This document shows positions 48,214-58,805 of a stretch of 64,000 bases of DNA, in pieces. Below the pieces are notes generated by a model. It worked only from the letters and a program-made list of their open reading frames with translations. It searched no databases and was not told where the DNA came from. Where the stretch lies: sequence record ON287372.1, one strand, 5' to 3'. The translations under genes and the position numbers were made by a program. Numbering within the stretch: the first letter of the stretch is position 1; each line of letters starts with the position of its first letter.

Positions 48214-51103
48214 TTATGATCTCGAAGCTAAATTGAAAGCAGCGCCGTGGAACCCGGCCTCCTTTCAGCGCGTCGGTCTGGAATTCCTTGCCAGTAAACT
48301 TAATGGCGATGTACTGACCGACGTGAACTCACCGGTAGTTCATTTACTGGAAGTGAGTGCTTCTCAAGCAGTTGAACACATCAACGTCTCTCTGGCTAAT
48401 GACCGCCGTCACTATCCACTGTTGGCAAATAACTTCTCTGACCTCTACGGGCACATGTCCGATGCTGACTATCTGGAACGCTTCGGTAGCCCTGGTCAAG
48501 TTACGCTGATGTACTACGTTGCTTACGACGAAGTCATTCGGGCGATGAAAGTTATTCCTGGTACTGAGGTTAAGCGCGTGATTATTCCTCGCTATACTCA
48601 GATCAGTCCGAGCGATACTCCTTTAACGTTGCTTTACCCATTGGAGATCCGTCAGTTGCCTCACGGTGGTATTCAGGTATCTTACAATACCGATGCAACT
48701 TCGCCGATTCAGACTCTTTCGGATAACCTGTTGAAGTGGGAATTGATCAACGACCCGGATGACGTTAAGTACATGATGATCTACATCCCAGTCTATCAAC
48801 TGGAACGTAACGTGACGCTGGAACAGGTCATGGATGTCCGTACTCGCTTTGCGGTATCCTTTACCGATCAGTATTTCTACACTCGTTGCTTCTTCGGTCA
48901 GGAAGGTAACTGGACTGAGATGTCTACTACGCACTCTCTCCAAGTTTACGACGAGAAAGTCCCTACTGCTATTCTTCAGGTAGCAGAAGGTTTCATTAAC
49001 GTGACCATCCCGCCTATCTACTTAACGAATCGTTCTATTAGCGGTACGTTGCGTATTGACGTCTATACGACGAAAGGCGATATCGTTCAGGATCTGAGTA
49101 ACTTTGCTTCCGACACGTTCGGAGTTACTTGGGGCAACGATATGGACGTTCCTTCGCTGAATGCTTTCTCCTCGGCTGTCCCTAACTTGTCCTATGTGTT
49201 TGTTTCTAACGATACGATCCGTGGTGGCATTAACGGCCTGACTTTCGAAGAGCAGCGTGAGCGTGTCATCAACAACGCAACTAAGGTAAGTATTCCAATT
49301 ACCCCTGCTCAGATCGAAGCTAAGTTGAACCGTGCTGGATTCGATATTCTGAAGTCTCGCGATGACTTGACTGAACGTCTTTATCTGGCAACGTCTACAA
49401 TGGCTGTTCCGGATAACTCTCCGTTCTCTTCCGGTATCGCTACTGCAATCAGTACGCTTCAGACTTCCATGACTGAACTGGCTGGCTTGAAGGGCGTGTT
49501 CGACAATAACGAACGTCTTACGCTCTCCCCTAAAGTACTCTATTCTTTCGAGAATGGCGTATTGAAGACGGTAGCCGACAACTCACGTCCTGAGATTCTG
49601 AACAAGACTCCAGAAGCATTGATCAACGCCATTAACGGCGGTAGCTACGTTTACTCCCCGTTCCACTACGTGCTGGATGCAACTGAGAACAACTTCTCCC
49701 TTCGTCCGTATTACCTGACTGATCCTAAAGTGATACGTCGTAGTTTCATTCGCGACAATGCCAGTGCGGGGATTGCATTAACGACGAAAGAGTTTTCATT
49801 CACTCGTTACGACGGCGGTTATCGTCTGATGGTTAAGACAGGTGTCGATGATAAATATCTGAGCATCGATCCAGCGAATCGTTTCCTGCAGTTGGCATTC
49901 GTCCCTCCGGGTGAATCTGACTATGCGTATCTCAACGGTACGTTTGCAGGGGTGAACAACAAGGACGCTATCTGGTCATTCGATATTAAGACCAACTTTG
50001 ATATCGATCGTGACAACAACTTGATCGTAACTAACTTCTCCATGTACGAAGCGGCACCTCGTGCGTTCCCTCTGCCACTGGAACAGGAATTTACTTTGCT
50101 CAACGTAGTTTGCGAATACGCACCTCCTGGGTTGCAGCAGACTGCGATTGATTTAGTCATCGGTAAGTTCTTGGTTGGTAAAGATCCGGTTGGACTGATG
50201 GAAGAGCGCGTTACTCTGGAGCTGGGTAAAACCATGAGTAACCTCTGGTCGGGTTCTCGTGTGCTGGCAGGTAGCTACGTCTATCAGACTTACGCTACCA
50301 ACGTTTATCTGTTCTACGAGAATGATGTTCCGGTAATGAATCCCGATGGTACTGCCAAGTACGAAGTTATCGATGGGGAATTCTCATTGGTACTCGAGCA
50401 CAAGGCAGGTGACCCTGTACTAGATGCTCAAGGTAGTCAGGTAATTAAGTTCAAAGCTGGTGACCCTGTACTAGATAGCAACGGTCAACCTGTTCCGGTA
50501 TCTCCTCGTCCTACGATTCGTCTGATTGACATCTTTGTCATGGACGGTAACTATTACTACGCAGATGGTGCGGCTGAGAAATCTGACGCTGCCTTCTTGC
50601 CAAGTAATATCGTAAACGACATTCTTCCTCGGTTGAGTGAAGTTGCCAAAGGTCGTTTAGAACAAACGATTATCTCGTTCTATCCTAAACAGAGTTTGGG
50701 TTCGGTCGAGGTATTGGTGGATGATGGTCAAAGTCAGTTCATTTCAGGTTCTCTGTCCTTCAAAACTAAAGTTCTGTTGACAGATATTGCCTGGCGTGAC
50801 ACCAAGTATCGTAGTGAACTTCAGAAGACAATCAGTCGCATCATCAACACTGAACTTCGGAAGGAAACCGTCTCTACCATGAACATCATTTCTGCGATCA
50901 AGGATCAACGTGATGAGAACGTTCGTGGGTTCGAGATGTCGATCATGAGTAATGGTCGTGAGGTGAATACCTTTACTGCTATAGACCAGTCCGTACAGCC
51001 TACCGTACGTCGTTTACTGGAATACGCAGGTGATGGTACTTACCAGGTTCACGAAGATATCTCTGTTGATTGGCGTGACCACACCGGTCGTCGTTACAAT
51101 TAA
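48206..51103 (+). CDS. Baseplate wedge protein (T4 gp6 / baseplate J-like)
   Basis: 965 aa; GGINGLTFEEQRERVINNA resembles the gpJ/gp6 GG...E.lR motif. Confidence 0.6.
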   Translation: MADYDLEAKLKAAPWNPASFQRVGLEFLASKLNGDVLTDVNSPVVHLLEVSASQAVEHINVSLANDRRHYPLLANNFSDLYGHMSDADYLERFGSPGQVTLMYYVAYDEVIRAMKVIPGTEVKRVIIPRYTQISPSDTPLTLLYPLEIRQLPHGGIQVSYNTDATSPIQTLSDNLLKWELINDPDDVKYMMIYIPVYQLERNVTLEQVMDVRTRFAVSFTDQYFYTRCFFGQEGNWTEMSTTHSLQVYDEKVPTAILQVAEGFINVTIPPIYLTNRSISGTLRIDVYTTKGDIVQDLSNFASDTFGVTWGNDMDVPSLNAFSSAVPNLSYVFVSNDTIRGGINGLTFEEQRERVINNATKVSIPITPAQIEAKLNRAGFDILKSRDDLTERLYLATSTMAVPDNSPFSSGIATAISTLQTSMTELAGLKGVFDNNERLTLSPKVLYSFENGVLKTVADNSRPEILNKTPEALINAINGGSYVYSPFHYVLDATENNFSLRPYYLTDPKVIRRSFIRDNASAGIALTTKEFSFTRYDGGYRLMVKTGVDDKYLSIDPANRFLQLAFVPPGESDYAYLNGTFAGVNNKDAIWSFDIKTNFDIDRDNNLIVTNFSMYEAAPRAFPLPLEQEFTLLNVVCEYAPPGLQQTAIDLVIGKFLVGKDPVGLMEERVTLELGKTMSNLWSGSRVLAGSYVYQTYATNVYLFYENDVPVMNPDGTAKYEVIDGEFSLVLEHKAGDPVLDAQGSQVIKFKAGDPVLDSNGQPVPVSPRPTIRLIDIFVMDGNYYYADGAAEKSDAAFLPSNIVNDILPRLSEVAKGRLEQTIISFYPKQSLGSVEVLVDDGQSQFISGSLSFKTKVLLTDIAWRDTKYRSELQKTISRIINTELRKETVSTMNIISAIKDQRDENVRGFEMSIMSNGREVNTFTAIDQSVQPTVRRLLEYAGDGTYQVHEDISVDWRDHTGRRYN

Positions 51104-51113
51104 GCAAACATAG

Positions 51114-51135
51114 GGAGAGGGCAAACGCCCTCTCC
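51114..51135. terminator. Bidirectional terminator
   Basis: GGAGAGGGC-AAAC-GCCCTCTCC then TCTATTTT on +; CTATG on the minus side. Confidence 0.8.
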
Positions 51136-51141
51136 TCTATT

Positions 51142-52359
51142 TTATTTTTTTCCGATCTTACGCAACCACTCATCAGAAATCACGAAGAACCGGTATGCTT
51201 CAGAGAACATGTCTTCGCTGAATTGGAAGAAACGCAGGATGTTGAAGTGTTCGTTACTGATACGTTCTACTGTACTTATCAGAGAGCGAATCTCCGGCCA
51301 TTCCGTTGTGCTCTGAGTATCCAGCTTATCCGTTACGCTAACGAGCTTAGCCGAGACATCTTCAAGCTTAGTACCCAATGTACCAAACAACGCAAAAATG
51401 TTATCTGGGATAATCAATGGGCTATTGCTAGCGGAGAGTACTTTGGTAAGGTGGTCGACAATACCTTGAACCTTAGCGACATCCATGACATCCAAAGAAC
51501 GGTGTTCTTCAGACGACACGGTAAACCAATCTTTGATCGCCCGGATGCTTTGACGGTTATCGTTGGAGCGAGTTCCGAGGTACCCGGAGAAACGGTTGAT
51601 CCCATCGATAACGATGTCGTCATCCGATGAAGCTGCAGCAACTTCTTCCTCAGATACATTGCCGCCGGATGACAACTTATCAACGACTCTATTAACACGA
51701 TCAAGTTCTTGAATCATGTCTTTAAGGTCGCCTTCAAAGGTATGGGTGGCGCGTTGGTATTCCGTGAGTAATCGATCGCCCGGATCAGCTAACCGAGACA
51801 CTACCACGTTAAACGCACTATCCATCGCCGAAGCATAAGTTCGCAATTCTTCATCAGATTTGATTTCTTCAGGAGACATGAACTCAGTTGGACGAGGATC
51901 ATTGTTACGTTTCTCTACTCCTTCTTTCTGGCGTTCACGACGCTTAACAAAAGAGGGAAGTTTCTCTTTGATCATCTGGATGATTTTCTTAATGAACTCA
52001 ACCAAACGACCAACCATATTCTTGGCAATGCCAATGATACGGTGATTCACTTCTTCAACGGCCACATTGGAGTTGGTCATTGACGGTTTTAACGTGTAGC
52101 TGGAAAGCGGGTACCGATGATCCAAAGGACTGAAATCAGAAAGCGACTCCAAAGCAGTCATGCTCTGGCGATCGATACCTTCCGTTTTAATTTTCTCCAG
52201 GGTCTTTTCCAACTCAGACAACCGAGCATTGTCACCGTTTCGTTTAACGATGTACATCGCCCAGTTGCTGTTGAGTTCCATAGCGAGTTCACGAAGGTCG
52301 CGACCATCACTACCGATAAAACTAAAGACACCCGGAACGGATCTTACTATCTCATCCAT
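51142..52359 (-). CDS. Head protein paralog
   Basis: TALE/S and VAVE/E sites followed by amphipathic LVEFIKKIIQMIK helix. Confidence 0.6.
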   Translation of the reverse strand: MDEIVRSVPGVFSFIGSDGRDLRELAMELNSNWAMYIVKRNGDNARLSELEKTLEKIKTEGIDRQSMTALESLSDFSPLDHRYPLSSYTLKPSMTNSNVAVEEVNHRIIGIAKNMVGRLVEFIKKIIQMIKEKLPSFVKRRERQKEGVEKRNNDPRPTEFMSPEEIKSDEELRTYASAMDSAFNVVVSRLADPGDRLLTEYQRATHTFEGDLKDMIQELDRVNRVVDKLSSGGNVSEEEVAAASSDDDIVIDGINRFSGYLGTRSNDNRQSIRAIKDWFTVSSEEHRSLDVMDVAKVQGIVDHLTKVLSASNSPLIIPDNIFALFGTLGTKLEDVSAKLVSVTDKLDTQSTTEWPEIRSLISTVERISNEHFNILRFFQFSEDMFSEAYRFFVISDEWLRKIGKK

Positions 52360-53362
52360 TCTTGTTTCCTAGAAGGTGTTCGCACCTTGCAGTAACCAGG
52401 TTCAACATTGGCTCTTCTGCTTCAAACTGCTGGAACAGATGCTCTCCAGAAACTTCCACCGCTTTATCGAGAATGTGCGCCATCCCATCCGTGATGTACA
52501 TGAGGATCTGTACGCGGTCAGCGATAGACTCCCATGCGATTGCAATCTTTCCGTATTCTTTCCCGAGCAACGTTTTAAGTTCATGGTTCATCGGACGTAC
52601 CGTATACAACGAACGTACCTGACTGAGAGTTTTAATCGCTGAGTCCAACGGGGATGATCCCAATTGATTAAACAATGAATCGATAATCCCCAAGTTGGGT
52701 TTCTCGTTAGCCCATGAAATCTCAACTGCGGTTGTATTTACCAACTCCTCTTCCCACTTGTCAGGAAGAGTTTTACCCGACTTAAATAAGTTAGGTCCAG
52801 TCGACTCGTAATTAACGCTGTACGAGCTCTCAGAAACGATTTTAAGCGCTTCTAAGGAACTAGCTATAACTTCATCAGAGTTGTCGATGTGAGGGTAAAT
52901 AAGAGCCGCTGAGAGCGAATTATTCAACTCGCTCAATCTCGGGATCATTTTCGTGATTGACAATACTGCATCGATGTAGGGTTTGACGGTTGCTGAACTA
53001 TCGCAAATACCTTCAAAGAAGAATGTACGATGAATATTCAGCGAGTCGATCAAAGGCTTCAGTATCGGATTGGCCTCTGGCCCCGTGAGGCGCCGAGTCG
53101 TTCTGACGAACTGAAGAAGTTCAGTTAATTCAGAAAGAAGAACCCGTTCTTTAGAAAGTACAGGGGCGACTTTCCTGAACATGGTCAGGCTGTCAACGAT
53201 ATAGGTCAGTGAGGTTAACACTGACCCTACATTATTACCGAAGGAATCGCCCTCTCCTGCGGTCGTGTGTTGACGCCGTTTTACCAAGTCACTCAGGTCA
53301 TTAAACGTCTGACCGGAAAGGCGCGGTCTTTTAGAATCCAACGCACGATAGGCTGAGGACAT
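52352..53362 (-). CDS. Hypothetical virion protein
   Basis: Start ATG 53362 (RBS AAGGA). Confidence 0.55.
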   Translation of the reverse strand: MSSAYRALDSKRPRLSGQTFNDLSDLVKRRQHTTAGEGDSFGNNVGSVLTSLTYIVDSLTMFRKVAPVLSKERVLLSELTELLQFVRTTRRLTGPEANPILKPLIDSLNIHRTFFFEGICDSSATVKPYIDAVLSITKMIPRLSELNNSLSAALIYPHIDNSDEVIASSLEALKIVSESSYSVNYESTGPNLFKSGKTLPDKWEEELVNTTAVEISWANEKPNLGIIDSLFNQLGSSPLDSAIKTLSQVRSLYTVRPMNHELKTLLGKEYGKIAIAWESIADRVQILMYITDGMAHILDKAVEVSGEHLFQQFEAEEPMLNLVTARCEHLLGNKNG

Positions 53363-53375
53363 AGTCGCGTCCTTC

Positions 53376-53819
53376 TTAGAGTTGAGTCGCATCCATCAGA
53401 TACGCAGAGATCTGTGGATAAAGGATAGTGGCGGCTTCAGCTACCTTGGCCGACTCTTCCAGGGTCTGATCGATTGCGCTCAGGTAACGACGACCTGGGT
53501 TATCACCATTGGTGAACATTTTGATCTGCTCAACGTCATTGATGAATAGAGCGCGGTAACGATCCAGCCAAACCTGACGAACCCCTTCGATCACTGCACC
53601 GATATCGATCAGGTAGCGTTCGTTGAATTCGTTAGCGAAGTTACGAATTTTAGATTCGTAATGTTCCTGGTAGTAAGTAGCCGGGTCTTCACAGCCTTGG
53701 TTAGGAAGTGGCAAACCGTAGCCCAGGGTAAGTACCAGAGCTTGGGTAACCAGTGAACGTTTCAAACCAACCTGTTTGGTCAGGGTGGTGGTGATTTCTT
53801 GGACGAATTGACGATTCAT
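53376..53819 (-). CDS. Conserved small virion protein
   Basis: 147 aa; ATGA-coupled to the upstream gene; strong codon bias. Confidence 0.6.
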   Translation of the reverse strand: MNRQFVQEITTTLTKQVGLKRSLVTQALVLTLGYGLPLPNQGCEDPATYYQEHYESKIRNFANEFNERYLIDIGAVIEGVRQVWLDRYRALFINDVEQIKMFTNGDNPGRRYLSAIDQTLEESAKVAEAATILYPQISAYLMDATQL

Positions 53820-55147
53820 CGAGTGGTACCTTCCAGGAGTTTCAATGAGTTTGCACGGACAAAGAGATTGTTGCTAACTAAGGATTCCAGTTCCTGGAGT
53901 TCCTTGGTGATCTTTTTCTGACGGCGAGTTTCCGCAGACATCACCAACCACATTTTCTCTACGAAAGTTTCGCGGTCAGTGAGGTTGGCCAGGACGTTGT
54001 CGATAACCTGAAGATCTTCATCCAGAGACTTGCGCAGTTCGATAGGCAGGTCTTTGTTTTTCATCTTCAGTACGACTTCGTTACGCATACGTACAATGCG
54101 CTCACGTGGGCGGTCGTAGTTACGCTCATGCGGGTTGACGAAGGACATCATACCCAAGATGATTACGTTCAGTACAATACCAGGAGGGCCCAAGAAAGTG
54201 TTAACGCCCATAAACGCGATGAAGGAAATAGTCTTAACTGCTTCCATGGCGTAGAACCCGAAACCGCTCATGTAAGAGGAAGGTTCGCCGTAACGAAGAA
54301 TCTTCTCCAGGCCGGTGGCGATGGCCACGGTGCAGCCCATGCGAGAAGCGAACTGATCGGAGATGGATTCCCAGCTACGTTTGTCGTAGATAGTACTGCC
54401 AAACTCAGAGCGGATCTTTTCGTTGATTTCCGACATAACGTTAACAGTCATTACTTCAGTGCTGTCGGTGGTCGCCAACTCAGCAGCATTATTGAAACGA
54501 ATGTCGTAATCCTTTTCCAGAGTGTTGATAACTTTAACACGCTGTTCGTCGCTATCTGCTTTCAGCAAACGGTTAACGGAATCCTGCAACACCAGTGCAG
54601 AAGAGATAGAGGTGCTCAGCATTTCGTAGTAGGTAAAGATGTGACCTACTTCGTGCAGGATGATACCTACTGCTTCAGCCGGCGTCATGAATTCGTTACC
54701 GATCACGGCACTGAATACGCCCAGACGAATAGGGATCTCTTGGAAGATCCCGCCGAGTTCTACCTTACGCAGATCAACCCAGCCGATTGCATTGGCGTCA
54801 CGCTTAACCGCTTTCTTACCTGCGGCTGCCTGTTCCATCATGCCGAAATAGCTTTTGATCAGGACTGAGCTTTTTACTAGGTCAGGTGGCACGGCGTACG
54901 CGTTGTAGGTAGTGTCGCTTTGAATAATGTCGAAAGTAACTTTCTTGGCCTTGATGCGGCGAGAGATACTTTTTGCTGCCAGATCAGAGAAAACTTTATT
55001 GCGCTCTTGTGCGCTCACGCCTTCTTTTTTACTCAGACGATAATCCTCTACGAGGACTTCGAGTTCACGGCACAATACATCTGCCGTTTGGAAATCGATC
55101 GCCTCTACAGAGACGACAGAAGCTGGTTTAAACCACTGGTTATTCAT
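53816..55147 (-). CDS. Head protein with zincin HEXXH motif and hydrophobic segment
   Basis: GIILHEVGH; ESISDQFASRMG; N-terminal VSVE/A site; start ATG 55147 (RBS GAGG). Confidence 0.65.
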   Translation of the reverse strand: MNNQWFKPASVVSVEAIDFQTADVLCRELEVLVEDYRLSKKEGVSAQERNKVFSDLAAKSISRRIKAKKVTFDIIQSDTTYNAYAVPPDLVKSSVLIKSYFGMMEQAAAGKKAVKRDANAIGWVDLRKVELGGIFQEIPIRLGVFSAVIGNEFMTPAEAVGIILHEVGHIFTYYEMLSTSISSALVLQDSVNRLLKADSDEQRVKVINTLEKDYDIRFNNAAELATTDSTEVMTVNVMSEINEKIRSEFGSTIYDKRSWESISDQFASRMGCTVAIATGLEKILRYGEPSSYMSGFGFYAMEAVKTISFIAFMGVNTFLGPPGIVLNVIILGMMSFVNPHERNYDRPRERIVRMRNEVVLKMKNKDLPIELRKSLDEDLQVIDNVLANLTDRETFVEKMWLVMSAETRRQKKITKELQELESLVSNNLFVRANSLKLLEGTTR

Positions 55148-55285
55148 TACAAATTCCTCGCCTCTTTGAGGGACAATAAAGGAAATAGGGCTACACAAGA
55201 AAGGGCCGTCTTATATAGTGCTGTAGGAAAAAATGTCAAAGTCAATTGATGTAGAAGATTTTTATTTCAGTTCTTTGAGGTTTAC

Positions 55286-57031
55286 ATGACCCAAGTAAAA
55301 CACGATTTCACTAAAGAAGATGTTGTTGGTTACGAATTCAAACATGCTTCTTACGCACCAAAAGACGGAAGCTATAGCGATGACTTGGTAGTAGTTAAAG
55401 AAGTTATCCACTTAAAAGATAAACGTCAGATTCCTAACCTTCGCTTTATCCGTAACTACCAGCGTCCTTACTTTTTAACTCTGGACTCTCAGCGTCGTCA
55501 CAAAGACAAACGCGTATGGGAATCGGTCGATAACTTACGTCGTTATGAATGCACTCAAGCCGAAATGGTTGGTGACATTCAACGTAAGTTAAAAATGCGT
55601 GGTGGTCTTAAGACACTTAACCGCAATCCTTATCTCTACGGGACCGATATTACTTCTACCGTTTTGATCAAACATGCTTATCTCAATAAGTATCCTGACC
55701 TTAAGTCTGAGTATCGTGTAGCTCACCTTGACATCGAATTCGACGTGACTTACGGTACAGACAAAATCAACATGATCTCTGTATCGTGCGGTTCAGAAGT
55801 TTATCAGTTCGTAACTAAGCATTATGCCGGCACTAACCCTAACTTCATTAAAGAAGTGAAGGAATGTTACGATCGAGAAGTGAAGCCTATCCTTAATGAG
55901 ATTGATACCCGTACTGAGGGTTTCGACTTCTTCGCTAAACGTAAGATTGTTCACGACTTCAATATCCATGTTGAAATCGTAGACGATGAGTTCGAAGCGG
56001 TTCAGGCTATCTTCGATGTATTGCACAACGTCATCAAACCTGACATGTTGTCTATTTGGAACTTACCGTACGATACCGGAAAAATGGTTCAGGCAATCAA
56101 ACGTCGCGGATTCACTCCTGAAGAAATCTTCTGTGACCCTAAAGTTCCTAAAGACTTCCGTTACTTCAACCTGATTGAAGGTGCGGCTAAGGTATTTGAT
56201 GCGAACGGCGTTGCGGAATCTAAAGACCCATGTGACCGTTGGCATAAAGTTCACTGCCCTAGCAACTTCTTCTGGGTCGACCAGATGTCAGTACGTCGTG
56301 CTGTACGTAAGCACTTGAACAAAGAACCCTCTTATGCCTTGGGTAAAATCCTTGAGAAGACCTTTGGTTTCGGTAAGTTAAAAGGCGATGGTGACTTGCG
56401 TGCTACAGGGCTAGACTGGCACAAACACATGCAACGGCACAATAAGATTTTCTATTGCGTCTACAACATGTTCGATAACATCGGTGCTCAGTTATTGGAT
56501 GAAGTAACGCTTGACTTGCGTTCTACATTCCCTGCTCAGTGTGGTTATAGCGACCTGCACTCTTATGGCTCACAAGGTCGTAAGTTGGCAGATGACTTCT
56601 ACTTCGACTTACTGGATCGCGGTTATGTCCTGAGCGGCGTATCCGATAAGATGGAAAAAGAGATGGACAAACATCTCGTTCCATTGGACGGATGGATCTC
56701 TACGTTGTCTGCTCACATGGTCCACCCTGACATGGGTAACAAGCTACTGGAAGATCTGCCTGACTCGATCACTAAGATCATTCGTTGGGTATTGGATATC
56801 GACGTTAAGTCTTCGTATCCATCAACTGGTGTTTGGATGAACCTGTCTCAGGAAACTACCAAGTGGGCAATGTGTCGTATACGCGGTGTCTCTATGGAAG
56901 AGCAACGACGGGCTGGGCTTAACTTAGTTTCAGGTAAGGTTAACTCGGTTGATATCATGGTCAACGTTTGTAAGGCTCCTACTGCTATGCAATTACTGCA
57001 ACGCTTCAAAGCGGCGAACGGTATCGCTTAA
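55286..57031 (+). CDS. Split family-B DNA polymerase, exonuclease plus palm motif A half (phiKZ gp82-like)
   Basis: Exo motifs HLDIEFD, WNLPYD, YNMFD; PolB motif A DIDVKSSYPS near the C-terminus; no motif B or C. Confidence 0.8.
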   Translation: MTQVKHDFTKEDVVGYEFKHASYAPKDGSYSDDLVVVKEVIHLKDKRQIPNLRFIRNYQRPYFLTLDSQRRHKDKRVWESVDNLRRYECTQAEMVGDIQRKLKMRGGLKTLNRNPYLYGTDITSTVLIKHAYLNKYPDLKSEYRVAHLDIEFDVTYGTDKINMISVSCGSEVYQFVTKHYAGTNPNFIKEVKECYDREVKPILNEIDTRTEGFDFFAKRKIVHDFNIHVEIVDDEFEAVQAIFDVLHNVIKPDMLSIWNLPYDTGKMVQAIKRRGFTPEEIFCDPKVPKDFRYFNLIEGAAKVFDANGVAESKDPCDRWHKVHCPSNFFWVDQMSVRRAVRKHLNKEPSYALGKILEKTFGFGKLKGDGDLRATGLDWHKHMQRHNKIFYCVYNMFDNIGAQLLDEVTLDLRSTFPAQCGYSDLHSYGSQGRKLADDFYFDLLDRGYVLSGVSDKMEKEMDKHLVPLDGWISTLSAHMVHPDMGNKLLEDLPDSITKIIRWVLDIDVKSSYPSTGVWMNLSQETTKWAMCRIRGVSMEEQRRAGLNLVSGKVNSVDIMVNVCKAPTAMQLLQRFKAANGIA

Positions 57032-57546
57032 TGCGAACTTTGCTAAGAACACAACGTAGGGTGGGTTCCACCCTACTTGTTTTTCGTGAGGTATCTGGAA
57101 AGATCCTTGGTTCTCGTCGAGAGCTACAATATGCGCGATTGGCAAAGGAAGCCTACAAGGAATACCAAACTGCTATAGAGGAATCCGTAGGTTACCGTCC
57201 ATTTACTCTAGGTGGTAATCAGGAACACATTCTCTATTACTGGGGCGATGATGTCTCTAGGCGTAATTACTTTGTTTATGACAACGAGCTCCCTATTGGC
57301 TTCATTAATGCGAGAAAGGAAACAACGGATGAAGGTATTAAGAAAGTTATTATTGATCGGGTATTTGTTCTACCTGAGCATCGAAACAAAGGAGCTGGAC
57401 GCTATCTGGTCGATGGATTCATCCACGCCGAAGATTGGTCTATGGTTGAAATCGCTGGCTACCTATCCTCAGTTTCATTAATGGGATTCCTAACTAAGTT
57501 GGGATTCTACGCAGCGAGAACCACCTTCGTTAAAGCGAATGCATAA
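57031..57546 (+). CDS. GNAT-family acetyltransferase
   Basis: IDRVFVLPEHRNKGAGRYL motif A and GFLTKLGF motif B; TAATG coupling to the polymerase gene. Confidence 0.85.
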   Translation: MRTLLRTQRRVGSTLLVFREVSGKILGSRRELQYARLAKEAYKEYQTAIEESVGYRPFTLGGNQEHILYYWGDDVSRRNYFVYDNELPIGFINARKETTDEGIKKVIIDRVFVLPEHRNKGAGRYLVDGFIHAEDWSMVEIAGYLSSVSLMGFLTKLGFYAARTTFVKANA

Positions 57547-57583
57547 ATCCCTCCTACAGACCGCGAAGTCTGTAGGAGGGGAT
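57547..57583. terminator. Bidirectional terminator flanked by TATG on both strands
   Basis: ATCCCTCCTACAGAC-6nt-GTCTGTAGGAGGGGAT. Confidence 0.75.
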
Positions 57584-57593
57584 ATGACGCTAT

Positions 57594-58256
57594 TTACTCG
57601 CCGCAGATTTCACGAATGAAACCAGCGATGCGATCGCGGTTAGCTGGCAAAGCGAATTTAGACGCTTGGTCCAGGTTCCACTTTTTGACGTGCAGGCGAC
57701 GGTTTACCGGATCAGAGAACGCGATCACTGTATCCAGGAACAGGCGATAGTTGTTAAGTACAGTATCGCCCTGAGGCATTGAAGACAGGTTACGCATAAC
57801 CATGTTGATTGCGAATGCCTTGCTGCGGTTTTCATTGACCACTTTCAGCAGGCGGCTAAAGCACACTGCGAAGTCGCCGTTGTCCGGCAGGTTTACCAGC
57901 TGGGTCAGGGTATTGAACAACATCTTCTGATAGCTCAGAATTTTGTCAGTTGTCATTACACGGCCCGGTGCCATTTCAGTGATGTAAGTATCCAGGTGGA
58001 TAACGATTGAGCGGACGGTGTCGCTACGGTTAGCGTAGACATCGGCTACACTTTTAACTGGAGCTGTTTGCTCCGGTGCTGCAGTTGCTACTGAAGTGCC
58101 GACTGGAGAGTCTTGCGCTACGGAAGCTGCGCTATCGGTCCCTTCTGGGATTTCTGCAGCTGCTGCTTGTTGAACCTTAGCTTCAGAAGCCTGATCACTC
58201 AGTTCTGCTGCTTCAGCCATACGCATGCGCATACGGTCTTGTCTGTTCTTGCTCAT
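57594..58256 (-). CDS. Conserved hypothetical protein (phiKZ gp79-like position)
   Basis: RBS AAGGA; TATG at 58288-58285; Ala-rich N-terminus; strong codon bias. Confidence 0.65.
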   Translation of the reverse strand: MSKNRQDRMRMRMAEAAELSDQASEAKVQQAAAAEIPEGTDSAASVAQDSPVGTSVATAAPEQTAPVKSVADVYANRSDTVRSIVIHLDTYITEMAPGRVMTTDKILSYQKMLFNTLTQLVNLPDNGDFAVCFSRLLKVVNENRSKAFAINMVMRNLSSMPQGDTVLNNYRLFLDTVIAFSDPVNRRLHVKKWNLDQASKFALPANRDRIAGFIREICGE

Positions 58257-58319
58257 GGCAATTTCCTTGAGGTATAGTTTGTTACATAGAATTACCGCCC
58301 GTTGCCAGGCGGTCTTCTA

Positions 58320-58805
58320 TTAGATTGGTTTAATGGGCGAACCATTATTGGGATTTATGCCCGCTTTCTGCAATGCGTCTTTCGTTGCATTGTCATCTTC
58401 GCTTCGCCAGCGAGTACAGCAGAGTTTAACCATTTCGATAATGTCATTGTCCATGTTAATGAATTCAGCAAAGGACATGTTCAGTTCTTTACCTACTTCA
58501 TGCAAACGGAAGAACTCCAGTAACTCAACGTATTTACCTTTGTTCGCCGCTGCTTCTACACGGTGCATCTCAATAATCGAATATGGATTACTCCGGTCGT
58601 ACTCTTCTGAATAAATCCCGTTGTCGAGGTCATATGCACGACGTAGCAATATCTTACTCTGGAGACTCCCTTGTCCAAAGTATTTCTCTATTACTCCGGT
58701 TGCCCGCTCTCCGAGACCCTGGTTACCAAAGCGCTCACTCCTAATGTCCGGAGATTTGTCAGTGGAATTCCACCCGAGACGTGGATCCTGTGTTGAGCAA
58801 GGGTA
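58320..58805 (-). CDS. -1 frame ORF, probable frameshift-fused C-terminal part of the chaperone (gpGT-like)
   Basis: Stop-free from the U7 site to 58320; no ATG or GTG before the track's TTG at 58649; ELNMSFAEFINM motif. Confidence 0.65.
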   Translation of the reverse strand, partial: YPCSTQDPRLGWNSTDKSPDIRSERFGNQGLGERATGVIEKYFGQGSLQSKILLRRAYDLDNGIYSEEYDRSNPYSIIEMHRVEAAANKGKYVELLEFFRLHEVGKELNMSFAEFINMDNDIIEMVKLCCTRWRSEDDNATKDALQKAGINPNNGSPIKPI

